DNA of 21,552 nucleotides from Candidatus Velthaea sp. (lineage in GTDB: Bacteria > Vulcanimicrobiota > Vulcanimicrobiia > Vulcanimicrobiales > Vulcanimicrobiaceae). The stretch is taken from contig JBEKHC010000087.1 of NCBI GenBank assembly GCA_050012475.1, forward strand, positions 1 to 21,552. The letters are read 5' to 3'. Below the pieces are notes generated by a model. That model was not told where the DNA came from, did no database searches, and saw only the letters and a list, made by a program, of their open reading frames with translations. The position numbers and the translations under genes are program-made. Of this stretch, positions 7,242-15,256 are shown piece after piece; the stretch's first letter is position 1, and each line of letters begins with the position of its first letter.

Positions 7242-8612
7242 ATGGCACGCGAGCGATATGATGTTTTGGTGGTCGGCGGCGGCAACGCCGGCTGTGCGGC
7301 AGCGCTCGCGGCGGCCCGCTGCGGCGCCAAGACGCTGCTGGTCGAGCGTTACGGTTTTCTCGGCGGCACCGCCACCGCGGCGATGGTCGGCCCGTGGATG
7401 ACGTTTCATTCGGATTCCGAGCGCATCGTGGGCGGAATCGCGCAAGAGATCGTCGAGCGGCTCGTCGCGATGGGCGGTTCGCCCGGCCACATTCCCGACT
7501 CGTCGGACTACGTCCCGACGATCACGCCGTTCGACCCCGAGGTGCACAAGGCGCTGCTGTTCGATTTGATGCGCGAGAGCGGCGTCGACTTGCTGCTGCA
7601 CACGTACTTCTTGGCCGCGGTGCGCGACGCGCGCGGGATGGTCGGCGGCGCGCGCTTCGCCACGGTCGGCGGGACGCGCGAAGTGCGCGCGCAGCGCACC
7701 ATCGATGCCACCGCTGACGCCTTCGTTGCCGCGAGTGCCGGGGTCGAATTGCAGACCGGCGACTCGCGCGGGCGCGTGCAGCCGGCGAGCTTGATGTTTC
7801 GCTTGAGTCATGTCGATCTGAGCCAAGTGTCGGCGTACGTCCGGACGCATCCGGACCAGATGCGCACGTCGCTCAAAGCCCACGAACGCACTCCGCGCGC
7901 CCTGACCGCCGTCGCCGGCCTCTATGACATCTGGAACGCGGCGCGCGAACGCGGCGACGTCGACATTCCGCGCGAACTCGTATCGTTTTTCATCTCGCCG
8001 TATCCGGATGAAGTCACCGTCAACATGACCCGAGTGACCGATATCGATCCGCTCGATCCCGACGATCTGACCCGCGCCGAGATGGAAGCGCGGTCGCAAA
8101 CGATGCAGTTGCTGGCGTTTTTCCGGCGCAGCGTGCCGGGCTTCGCCAACGCGCGCATCGCGGCCACCGCGACGCAGATCGGGATCCGCGAGTCGCGGCG
8201 CATCGTTGGGATGTACACGCTCACCGCTCAGGATATCTTGGCCGCCCGAACTTTTCCCGACGGCATCGCGCGCAGCGCGTATCCGATCGACATCCACAAT
8301 CCGTCGGGCGCCGGGACGACGACGTTCCGGCTCCCGGCGGATGCGGCGTACGAGATTCCGTACCGCTGTCTGGTTCCTGCCGAAGTCGAACGGCTGCTGA
8401 TCGCCGGCCGCTGCATTTCGACGACCCACGAGGCGCTCGCATCGACCCGCTTGACGCCGACGGTGATGACGCTGGGTCAAGCCGCCGGCACCGCGGCGGC
8501 GCTGTCGCTGAGCGGTAACGTCGCGGTTCGCGATCTCGATCCGGCCGATCTGCGCCGGCGCTTGATCGCGGACGGCGTCGATTTGCGCCGGGCGGTCGCC
8601 GCCGGTGTTTGA
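7242..8612 (+). CDS. FAD-dependent oxidoreductase (FAD_oxidored-type)
   Basis: YDVLVVGGGNAGCAAALAAAR, LLVERYGFLGG, IDATADA, GIRESRRIVG, YPIDIH, YEIPYRCLVP, LLIAGRCIS and MTLGQAAG. Confidence 0.92.
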   Translation: MARERYDVLVVGGGNAGCAAALAAARCGAKTLLVERYGFLGGTATAAMVGPWMTFHSDSERIVGGIAQEIVERLVAMGGSPGHIPDSSDYVPTITPFDPEVHKALLFDLMRESGVDLLLHTYFLAAVRDARGMVGGARFATVGGTREVRAQRTIDATADAFVAASAGVELQTGDSRGRVQPASLMFRLSHVDLSQVSAYVRTHPDQMRTSLKAHERTPRALTAVAGLYDIWNAARERGDVDIPRELVSFFISPYPDEVTVNMTRVTDIDPLDPDDLTRAEMEARSQTMQLLAFFRRSVPGFANARIAATATQIGIRESRRIVGMYTLTAQDILAARTFPDGIARSAYPIDIHNPSGAGTTTFRLPADAAYEIPYRCLVPAEVERLLIAGRCISTTHEALASTRLTPTVMTLGQAAGTAAALSLSGNVAVRDLDPADLRRRLIADGVDLRRAVAAGV

Positions 8613-8970
8613 TCCACGCCGCGCGGCGGCGATTGCCGGCGTAGCGGTCGACGTCTGCGATCTGGGCGATTGGGCCGGGCGGCTGGTCTCCGAATACGAT
8701 CCTCGCGCGCGAACGATCCGCGTTAACGGACGCGCTTTGGCCGCGTATCGCAGCCGGGTGGCCGGCGAGACAGCCGGCCCGGACGACATCGAGCGGTTCA
8801 TCGTGTTGGCGGTAGCGCACGAACTGTACCACCATCGCGAGGCCATCGGTGAGGTCGCCCGGCTCGCGACGCGCGCCGCGCGGGAAGCCGCCGCCGACGC
8901 CTATGCGCGCGCTGCCGTCCCGGTCGGGGAGCAGCTCGCAGCGTTTCTCGAACGCGCAGCAGCGTCCTAG
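8605..8970 (+). CDS. small protein with HExxH motif (minimal zincin / ImmA-IrrE-like metallopeptidase fold possible)
   Basis: GTG start overlaps the upstream stop by 8 nt. YDPRARTIRVN strand, then AVAHELYHH and a downstream E..ADAYA motif. Confidence 0.7.
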   Translation: MFDPRRAAAIAGVAVDVCDLGDWAGRLVSEYDPRARTIRVNGRALAAYRSRVAGETAGPDDIERFIVLAVAHELYHHREAIGEVARLATRAAREAAADAYARAAVPVGEQLAAFLERAAAS

Positions 8971-8976
8971 CTCACC

Positions 8977-9909
8977 GTGGACCCGAGCGGGAAAAGGCGC
9001 AGCGACACGTCGCTGTTCGCGGGCATCGACGGCGGGCAGTCGTCGACAACGGCCGTGGTCGTCAACGGCGCCGGCGATGTCCTCGGCCGCGGCACGGCCG
9101 GTCCGTGCGATCACGTCGACGAACCCCCGGATTCCCGGCGCTGCGCCGAAGCCTGCGAAGCCGCGGTCGCCCGCGCACTCGCTGCGGCGCGGCTGCCCGC
9201 GAAGAGTCCGCTCGAAGCCGTCGTGGTCGGCTTGAGCGGGTACGACGGCACCTTTCACGGCGTTCCGCCGCGGTTCGATGGCGCGCGCGTCCGCTTCGTG
9301 CACGATGCGCCGATCGCGCTGGCGGGCGCGGTCGATCGGCGTCCTGCCGTCGTGGTCATCGCCGGAACGGGTTCGGTTGCCTACGCTGAAGATGCGGCGG
9401 GCAACCACGTGCGCATCGGCGGTTACGGCTACGTTTTCGGTGACGAAGGCAGCAGCTTCGCGCTGGCTCGCGGAGCGCTTGCGCACGCGATGGATCAAGC
9501 CGATCGCGGCCGCAACAGCCGGCTGGGCGCGGCGGCGCTGGCGTACTTCGATCGCCCCGATCTGCGCGCCATCGCGCGTGCGTTCTATCTCAAGGAGATC
9601 GCACGGCCCGAGCTGGCAGCGTTTGCGCGCGTCGTCTTGGACGCAGCGCGCCTGGGCGATGCCGAAGCCGTCGCGCTCGTCGAGCGGGCCGCAAACGCGC
9701 TCGCGACCCTTGCTGCCAACGCGATCGAGCGGCTCGGGCTTGGCGCCGCGACGGTGACCATCGCGTTCACTGGCGGACTCTTTACCAACGCCGATTTCTA
9801 CCGGCGCACGGTCGAGCAGCTCAACGGTTTGGCAGCAAACGCGCGGATCGTCAAACCGCTGCACGATCCGGCGACCGGCGCCGCGCGCATGGCATTGGAC
9901 GGCGCCTGA
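8977..9909 (+). CDS. BadF/BadG/BcrA/BcrD-type N-acetylhexosamine kinase
   Basis: GIDGGQSST, HDAPIALAGA, VVVIAGTGSVAY, RIGGYGYVFGDEGS and FTGGLF. Confidence 0.9.
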   Translation: MDPSGKRRSDTSLFAGIDGGQSSTTAVVVNGAGDVLGRGTAGPCDHVDEPPDSRRCAEACEAAVARALAAARLPAKSPLEAVVVGLSGYDGTFHGVPPRFDGARVRFVHDAPIALAGAVDRRPAVVVIAGTGSVAYAEDAAGNHVRIGGYGYVFGDEGSSFALARGALAHAMDQADRGRNSRLGAAALAYFDRPDLRAIARAFYLKEIARPELAAFARVVLDAARLGDAEAVALVERAANALATLAANAIERLGLGAATVTIAFTGGLFTNADFYRRTVEQLNGLAANARIVKPLHDPATGAARMALDGA

Positions 9910-10577
9910 TGCTCGAACGTCTGTCCGGCGGTTTGATCGTGTCGGTCCAGGCCCAGCCGGATTCGCTGCTCAACACGCCCGAGACCATCGCGCTGCTGGC
10001 GCGCGTCGCCGAACGCAACGGTGCCTGCGGCGTGCGCATCGAGGGAGCCGAGCGGATCGCTGCCGTACGCCAGGCCGTTTGTGTGCCGATCGTCGGGATC
10101 GTCAAACGCGCCTATCCCGGCTTCGATCCGTACATCACGGTGACGCAGCGCGAGATCGACGAGGTCGCGGCAGCCGGTGCCGACATCATCGCGTTCGACG
10201 CCACGTTGCGCCCGCGACCAGCGGGCGTCGCCGCTCTCATCGCGGCGATCCGCGCGTGCGGTGCGCTGCCGATGGCGGATTGCGCCGAACTCGCGGATGC
10301 GCGAGCTGCTGCGGCGGACGGCGCGGCCATCGTTGCGTCGACGCTGTGCGGCTATACCGATGCGACGCGCGGAACCGCGCTGCCGGCGCTCGATTTGGTT
10401 CGCGCGATGCGCGCTTTGGGAACCTTCCTCGTTTGCGAAGGCGGCGTCGCGTCGCCCGCCGACGTCGGCCGGGCGTTCACCGCCGGTGCCGATGCCGTCG
10501 TCGTCGGCACCGCGATCACGAACGTCGACGTTCTCGTGCAGCGCTTCGCCGGCGCCGCGCCGCAACAAGCGCGCTAA
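9909..10577 (+). CDS. nanE: N-acetylmannosamine-6-phosphate 2-epimerase
   Basis: GLIVSVQA, PIVGIVKR (catalytic Lys), FDATLRPRP, MADC, STLCGYT, EGG and VVGTAIT. TGATG overlap with the kinase gene. Confidence 0.93.
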   Translation: MLERLSGGLIVSVQAQPDSLLNTPETIALLARVAERNGACGVRIEGAERIAAVRQAVCVPIVGIVKRAYPGFDPYITVTQREIDEVAAAGADIIAFDATLRPRPAGVAALIAAIRACGALPMADCAELADARAAAADGAAIVASTLCGYTDATRGTALPALDLVRAMRALGTFLVCEGGVASPADVGRAFTAGADAVVVGTAITNVDVLVQRFAGAAPQQAR

Positions 10578-10590
10578 CAAACGCCACGCG

Positions 10591-11589
10591 TTACGTCTTG
10601 GTCGTATACAAGAAACGGCCGATCCGAAACAACAAGAACGCGCCGCTGCCGAAGATGACGACGAATAAAATCAGGTTGAGCAGGCCGGACGTTCCGGCCA
10701 CTTCGTTACCGCATACGGCGACGATGCCTTTGGACAGAACGTAGTCCATCAGCGCGATCGGGTTTGCCGGGACGGCGTTCATCATTTGCAGGCGGGCGAT
10801 GACGTTGTTGGGATCCCAGCCCGCTTCGTCCAAGAAGTCCGCGATTCGGCCGTCGCGGCCCACGAGCGCCGTGCGTTCGGAGTGAATGAGTCCGACCTTG
10901 GGGTCGGGGAACGGCACGATACCGAACTGGGCGGCGAAGTTCAAGACGCTGCGCGGATCGCCGGTGGCAATCGTCCAGCGCGAGGCGTCGGCGTCGAAAC
11001 GCTTGGCGTACTCGGCGAGCACCGGCGGCCGGTCGAACTCCGGATCGAGCGTCACCTCGACGAGGTGATACGCGCTGCCGTCCAACCGCTGTTGGAGTTG
11101 ATGAAAATGAGCTGAGATCAGCGGGCACATGCGCGTGTCGCGGCAACGGGTGTAGACGAACGAGAGGACGACGGTTTTCCCGCGAAAATCGGCCAGCCTC
11201 AACGCCCGGCCGTTTTGATCGATGAGCGGGATCGTCGGGACCGGATCGCCGGTCTTGAGCAGCGTCATCGAACGCAGCGCATCGGGAGGGCGCACGGCTG
11301 CGGTATTCGCCAATACCCGCACGTTGGATAGCGCCTCACCGGCGGCGCCTTCCTTGACGTCGGCCGTGATCTGGTCGCCTTGGCGCAAACGCGCCGCGTC
11401 GCGCGCAGACAACGTAAAAAGCATCGCCATTGCGGGCATTCCGCCGTACGCTTCATGCCGGACGATTGCTTGCTGCTTGCCGGTCAAAACCGTCAGCACG
11501 ATGCCGTGCAGTATTTGGGACGCGTTGGCACCCGCTGCGCCGAGCGCGACGAGAATGGCGCACGCGACGATCGCAAAACGAAATTTCAC
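10591..11589 (-). CDS. CusF-like copper-binding domain fused to SCO/SenC domain, with signal peptide and C-terminal TM (paralog 1)
   Basis: GGAG SD before GTG 11589. VRHEAYGGMPAMAMLF is a His/Met CusF-like site. LIDQNG, FVYTRCRDTRMCP, TLDPEFDRPPVLAEY and IHSERTALV are SCO motifs. Hydrophobic C-terminus. Confidence 0.88.
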   Translation of the reverse strand: MKFRFAIVACAILVALGAAGANASQILHGIVLTVLTGKQQAIVRHEAYGGMPAMAMLFTLSARDAARLRQGDQITADVKEGAAGEALSNVRVLANTAAVRPPDALRSMTLLKTGDPVPTIPLIDQNGRALRLADFRGKTVVLSFVYTRCRDTRMCPLISAHFHQLQQRLDGSAYHLVEVTLDPEFDRPPVLAEYAKRFDADASRWTIATGDPRSVLNFAAQFGIVPFPDPKVGLIHSERTALVGRDGRIADFLDEAGWDPNNVIARLQMMNAVPANPIALMDYVLSKGIVAVCGNEVAGTSGLLNLILFVVIFGSGAFLLFRIGRFLYTTKT

Positions 11590-11707
11590 CGTAACTCCAG
11601 TCCCTAGTCGTTACCCGCGGGCGGCGATTTCCCCGCAATCCCGGTTCGATCCGGATCCCGATTCGATCGGGCGCCGGCGTGGAACACCTTGCAGTACAGG
11701 AGGGGTG

Positions 11708-12346
11708 TTGCAAGTACCGAAGCAACCGACGGCTGTGCTCCAAAGTGCCTTTGATGCGCGAAGGGCGGTCGCTGCGCGACCGTGGACCGACGCCGAACGT
11801 CGCGTCGTCAGCCGCGGTTTCTGGGGCTACTTTCTGATCGCGATCGAGCCGCTGACCATTGCACTGCTCTTTGCGGTATTGGCGGTTACGCTGTTCGTGC
11901 GCAAGCAAGAAACGGCGATTTTCGTCGCACCGATCTTCATTTGCGCGGCCTTGGCGTTCGCGGCCTACGCCATCGTTCTGCTGACGCCGGCGGCTCGGGC
12001 GCTCATCGAATCGCACGGCAGCATTTACAACGTCGATGGATACGTGCGCTACCGCGCGCACCGCCGTTACCAAGACGAACCGCCGACCTATTTTGTCGCC
12101 GTCCTCGATGCCGAGCGTGAGGTCTTGGGCGAATGGCCGATGCGCGAACGCCCCGTCGCGCTCGACGCGGGAGAAGTGTGGCCGGCGGTCGTTGAGTTCA
12201 CGCCGTACGGCGGCATCCATCGCATCGACGGACGGTCGACCGGCGTCCTTCCCGACGACTTTCCGGCGCTCGGCATCGGCGCACCGAAGATGTACGCCGA
12301 CCGCTCACCGAACAAGAACGCCGGCCGCACGCACAACCCCGGTTAA
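11708..12346 (+). CDS. hypothetical membrane protein (two TM helices plus C-terminal soluble domain); start uncertain
   Basis: AGGAGG at 11698-11703 before in-frame GTG 11705 / TTG 11708. Two hydrophobic segments, then a beta-rich domain. The upstream part of the track ORF (from 11222) is antisense to the SCO gene. Confidence 0.75.
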   Translation: MQVPKQPTAVLQSAFDARRAVAARPWTDAERRVVSRGFWGYFLIAIEPLTIALLFAVLAVTLFVRKQETAIFVAPIFICAALAFAAYAIVLLTPAARALIESHGSIYNVDGYVRYRAHRRYQDEPPTYFVAVLDAEREVLGEWPMRERPVALDAGEVWPAVVEFTPYGGIHRIDGRSTGVLPDDFPALGIGAPKMYADRSPNKNAGRTHNPG

Positions 12347-12424
12347 AAGCGCCGGCTCGGCGACCAACAGCGGCTCGGCGCGCAACGCCGAACGCCACCG
12401 CGGCTTGCGCGTGGCGCAAACGCG

Positions 12425-12451
12425 ACGGACTCGGGCGTGGCCCGAGTCCGT
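12425..12451 (-). terminator. terminator-like hairpin at the end of the cytochrome oxidase operon (between convergent genes)
   Basis: Perfect 12-bp inverted repeat ACGGACTCGGGC-GTG-GCCCGAGTCCGT, 7 nt past the TAG of the 12459-12656 ORF. Only a weak TTT follows on the minus strand. Confidence 0.7.
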
Positions 12452-12458
12452 GGTGCTG

Positions 12459-12656
12459 CTAGGGCGCTTGAGCCGGGAGGTCGAGCTTCACGGCTTCCGC
12501 GGGCGGATGCCTACCGAAACCCGAGGAGATGACGGTGAAGCCGCCCTGAATGAAGATGACGACGAGCGCCACCGCCATGAGCACCTTCGCCATCGGCGAG
12601 ATGCCCTTGCTGACCGGGACGTCGGAGTGTGCGTTGCTGCTTTGATCGTGCGTCAT
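12459..12656 (-). CDS. small single-TM protein, 65 aa, last gene of cox operon
   Basis: ATGA overlap with the upstream ORF and a GGAG upstream. One TM (VLMAVALVVIFIQGGFTVI), followed by the terminator hairpin. Confidence 0.7.
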   Translation of the reverse strand: MTHDQSSNAHSDVPVSKGISPMAKVLMAVALVVIFIQGGFTVISSGFGRHPPAEAVKLDLPAQAP

Positions 12657-12859
12657 GCTGTGGCATGAACTCCCATGACGTTGATGGCGGCCAAGAACGC
12701 GAGGACGCAGCCCACGATCATCAGCCCCAGGAGCAGTTTGGTGACGTTGGCATCGAGAGAACGCAGCGGCAGCTCATTGCGCAATTGCACGGCAGCGGTT
12801 CCGCCGACGAGGAGGGCGCCGACGATCGCGACGGCGCGTTCGAGCATTTCAGCACTCAT
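12653..12859 (-). CDS. small two-TM protein, 68 aa, in the position usual for oxidase subunit IV
   Basis: ATG 6 nt after the coxC stop. Two hydrophobic segments (AVAIVGALLVGGTAAV and LLLGLMIVGCVLAFLAAINVM). Confidence 0.7.
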   Translation of the reverse strand: MSAEMLERAVAIVGALLVGGTAAVQLRNELPLRSLDANVTKLLLGLMIVGCVLAFLAAINVMGVHATA

Positions 12860-12865
12860 AATTCG

Positions 12866-13516
12866 TCACCATAAATAGAACAGGAAGAACAGTGCAACCC
12901 AGATGACGTCGACGAAGTGCCAGTACAGCGTCCCCGCAGTCAAACCGAAGTATTTGGAGCCGGTATAGACCCCTCTGTTTGCCTGGATGAGTAAGATCGT
13001 CAGGTAGATCACGCCGATGAAGACGTGAAAGCCGTGCATCCCGGTTAGCGTGTAGAACGTCGCGCCGAACGGGCTGCCGGTCCACGACATCGTCTGAAGC
13101 GCTCCGGAATACTCGTGCGCCTGGCCGAGTAAGAAGCAGATGCCCAGGACGATCGTAGCGACCATCCAGATATTGAACGTGGCCTTCTTGAGCTGCTTCC
13201 AGCTTTCGAGGGCGTAGTGCATCGTCACGCCGGAACCAAACAGCACGACCGAGTTGAGGGCGGCAAACGAAACGTCGAGATAGGGCAGCTGTTTTCCGTC
13301 GACGAGCGGCGGCCAGACCGGCGCCGCCGTGCGCAGATACAGATACGAGAAAATGAACGACGAGAAGAAGACGCAGTCGCTGATCAGGAACAGGACGAAT
13401 CCCATCAACCGCAGATCGCGTGTCGTCGCGTACTCGTGGTCGACGTCGGCGTAGCGGGCTGCTACGGCCTCGTGCGAGGTGATGGACCGCCCGGGATCGA
13501 GAGTCGTTGATGCCAT
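12866..13516 (-). CDS. coxC: cytochrome c oxidase subunit III (short form)
   Basis: GFVLFLISDCVFF, FLLGQAHEY, FYTLTGMHGFHV and LYWHFVDVIW. Confidence 0.95.
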   Translation of the reverse strand: MASTTLDPGRSITSHEAVAARYADVDHEYATTRDLRLMGFVLFLISDCVFFSSFIFSYLYLRTAAPVWPPLVDGKQLPYLDVSFAALNSVVLFGSGVTMHYALESWKQLKKATFNIWMVATIVLGICFLLGQAHEYSGALQTMSWTGSPFGATFYTLTGMHGFHVFIGVIYLTILLIQANRGVYTGSKYFGLTAGTLYWHFVDVIWVALFFLFYLW

Positions 13517-13519
13517 CGG

Positions 13520-15247
13520 TTATGCTCGCGCTCCCACCGGCTGCAGCGAAGCCGAGGTCGGTGCCGGATAGGGGTCGACCTCGTTGTCGAGGTTCCGGTA
13601 CGGCAGCGGTTCGCCGAAGTCGTACGGACGATCGAGCACCGTCGGAATCTTCTTGAAGTTGTAGTACGGCGGCGGCGAGCTGATCGTCCATTCCAGCGTG
13701 CGCGCACCCCACGGGTTGTTGCCCGCGATCCGGCCGTTGAGGTAGCTCGTCACCAGGTTATAAGCAAAGACGAGCACCGCAGCGACCATGAAGAACGAGA
13801 ACACCGTCTCGAAGCGATTCCAGAACACCATGTCCGGATAGAGCTTGGCGATGAATTCGTACGACGCGTACCGGCGCGGCATCCCTTCGAGCCCGATCCA
13901 GTGCATCGGCAAGAACGTCCCGGTCAGACCGATCATGAACAGCCAGAAGGTCAGCTTGCCGAGTCCTTCGTTGAGCATCCGGCCCGTGGCTTTCGGGTAC
14001 CAGTAGGCGACCGCCGCCAGGAAGCCGAGGACGGCGCCGCCGCCCACGACATAGTGGAAGTGGCCGACAACGAAATAGCTGCCGTGCTCGTGAAAGTTCG
14101 CCGGCACCGAGGCCAAGAACACGCCGGTCACGCCGCCGAAGGTGAACGTCATAAGAAAAGCCAGCATGTACAGCATCGGGGTCGTGAACTGGATGCGTCC
14201 GCCCCACAGCGTTGCCAGCCACGAGAAGATCTTGATGCCGGTCGGAATGCCGATCATGTACGTGAGAATCATGAACGGGATCTGCAGCCATGGCGAGAGG
14301 CCTGCCGGGAACATGTGGTGGGCCCAAACCGCGAAACCGAGAATCGCGATCGCCAGCGACGAAAACGCGATCATCTTGTAGCCGAAAATCGGCTTGCGCG
14401 AGAAGGTCGGGATGATCTCGGAAACGACGCCGAACGCCGGCAGGATGAAGATGTAGACCGCCGGATGCGAGTAGAACCAGAACATGTGCTGGAAGAGCAC
14501 CGGGCTGCCGCCGCGCGCCGCATCGAAGAACGGAACGTTGAACACGTCTTCGAGGAACAGCGCCGCGACCGCGATCGTCAGCGCAGCGGTCGCGATCATG
14601 TTGATCAGCGCCGTCGCAAAGGTCGCCCAAGTGAACAGCGGCATCCGCGTCCAGGTCATCCCCGGCGCGCGCATCTTGGTGACGGTAACCGTGAAGTTCA
14701 ACCCCGTCATCGTCGAGGACATCCCGACGATGATGATCGCCAGACACCACAGTGCCCCCGCGGTTCCTTGCTGCAGCGAGATCGGCGGATACTCGGTCCA
14801 GCCCGCCGTCGGCGCGCCGAACAGGAACGAACTGAACAGCACCAAGGCCGACACCGGGATGAGCCAAAAGCTCACCATGTTCAGCCACGGGAAGGCCACG
14901 TCGCGCGCACCGATCTGCAACGGCATCACGAAGTTGCCGAGCGCGCCGGTAACGAGCGGAATCAGCACCAGCCACACCATCACCGTGCCGTGCATCGTGT
15001 ACATCGTGTTGTACGTGTTGCGCGACATGAACGTCCCGGCCGGATCGAAGAGCTGGATGCGCACCAGCTCGGCGAACGCACCGGCAATGAGCATCAGCAG
15101 AATTCCGGTGACGAAATACTGGATGCCGATGACCTTGTGATCGAGCGAGAAGATGTACTTGCGGATGAAGCCTTCGGGCGGTGGATGGATGTGGTCGTGA
15201 GGATCGTCGTGACCGCCCGGCTGGAGGGTTGAGTGTGCGGATTCCAT
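13520..15247 (-). CDS. coxA: cytochrome c oxidase subunit I, A2-type heme-copper oxidase
   Basis: DHKVIGIQY, TMHGT, GARDVAFPWLN (D-channel), GWTEYPP, FWFYSHPAVY, WAHHM, PTGIK (K-channel), HFHY and GMPRR. Confidence 0.97.
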   Translation of the reverse strand: MESAHSTLQPGGHDDPHDHIHPPPEGFIRKYIFSLDHKVIGIQYFVTGILLMLIAGAFAELVRIQLFDPAGTFMSRNTYNTMYTMHGTVMVWLVLIPLVTGALGNFVMPLQIGARDVAFPWLNMVSFWLIPVSALVLFSSFLFGAPTAGWTEYPPISLQQGTAGALWCLAIIIVGMSSTMTGLNFTVTVTKMRAPGMTWTRMPLFTWATFATALINMIATAALTIAVAALFLEDVFNVPFFDAARGGSPVLFQHMFWFYSHPAVYIFILPAFGVVSEIIPTFSRKPIFGYKMIAFSSLAIAILGFAVWAHHMFPAGLSPWLQIPFMILTYMIGIPTGIKIFSWLATLWGGRIQFTTPMLYMLAFLMTFTFGGVTGVFLASVPANFHEHGSYFVVGHFHYVVGGGAVLGFLAAVAYWYPKATGRMLNEGLGKLTFWLFMIGLTGTFLPMHWIGLEGMPRRYASYEFIAKLYPDMVFWNRFETVFSFFMVAAVLVFAYNLVTSYLNGRIAGNNPWGARTLEWTISSPPPYYNFKKIPTVLDRPYDFGEPLPYRNLDNEVDPYPAPTSASLQPVGARA

Positions 15248-15256
15248 GCTCTGCCC

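Noticed and set aside
6459..9864. Long minus-strand ORFs 6459-8846 and 8221-9864
   Set aside because: They overlap well-supported genes and lack recognisable domains, so they are treated as GC-rich shadow frames.
11640..11671. CCGGTTCGATCCGG / CCCGATTCGATCGGG resembling a tRNA T-arm
   Set aside because: The loop is one base short and there is no acceptor, D or anticodon arm. These are only two small hairpins in a divergent promoter region.
12347..12424. Short CGGCTCGGCG direct repeat between convergent genes
   Set aside because: Only two copies of a GC-rich 10-mer, with no CRISPR-like periodicity.
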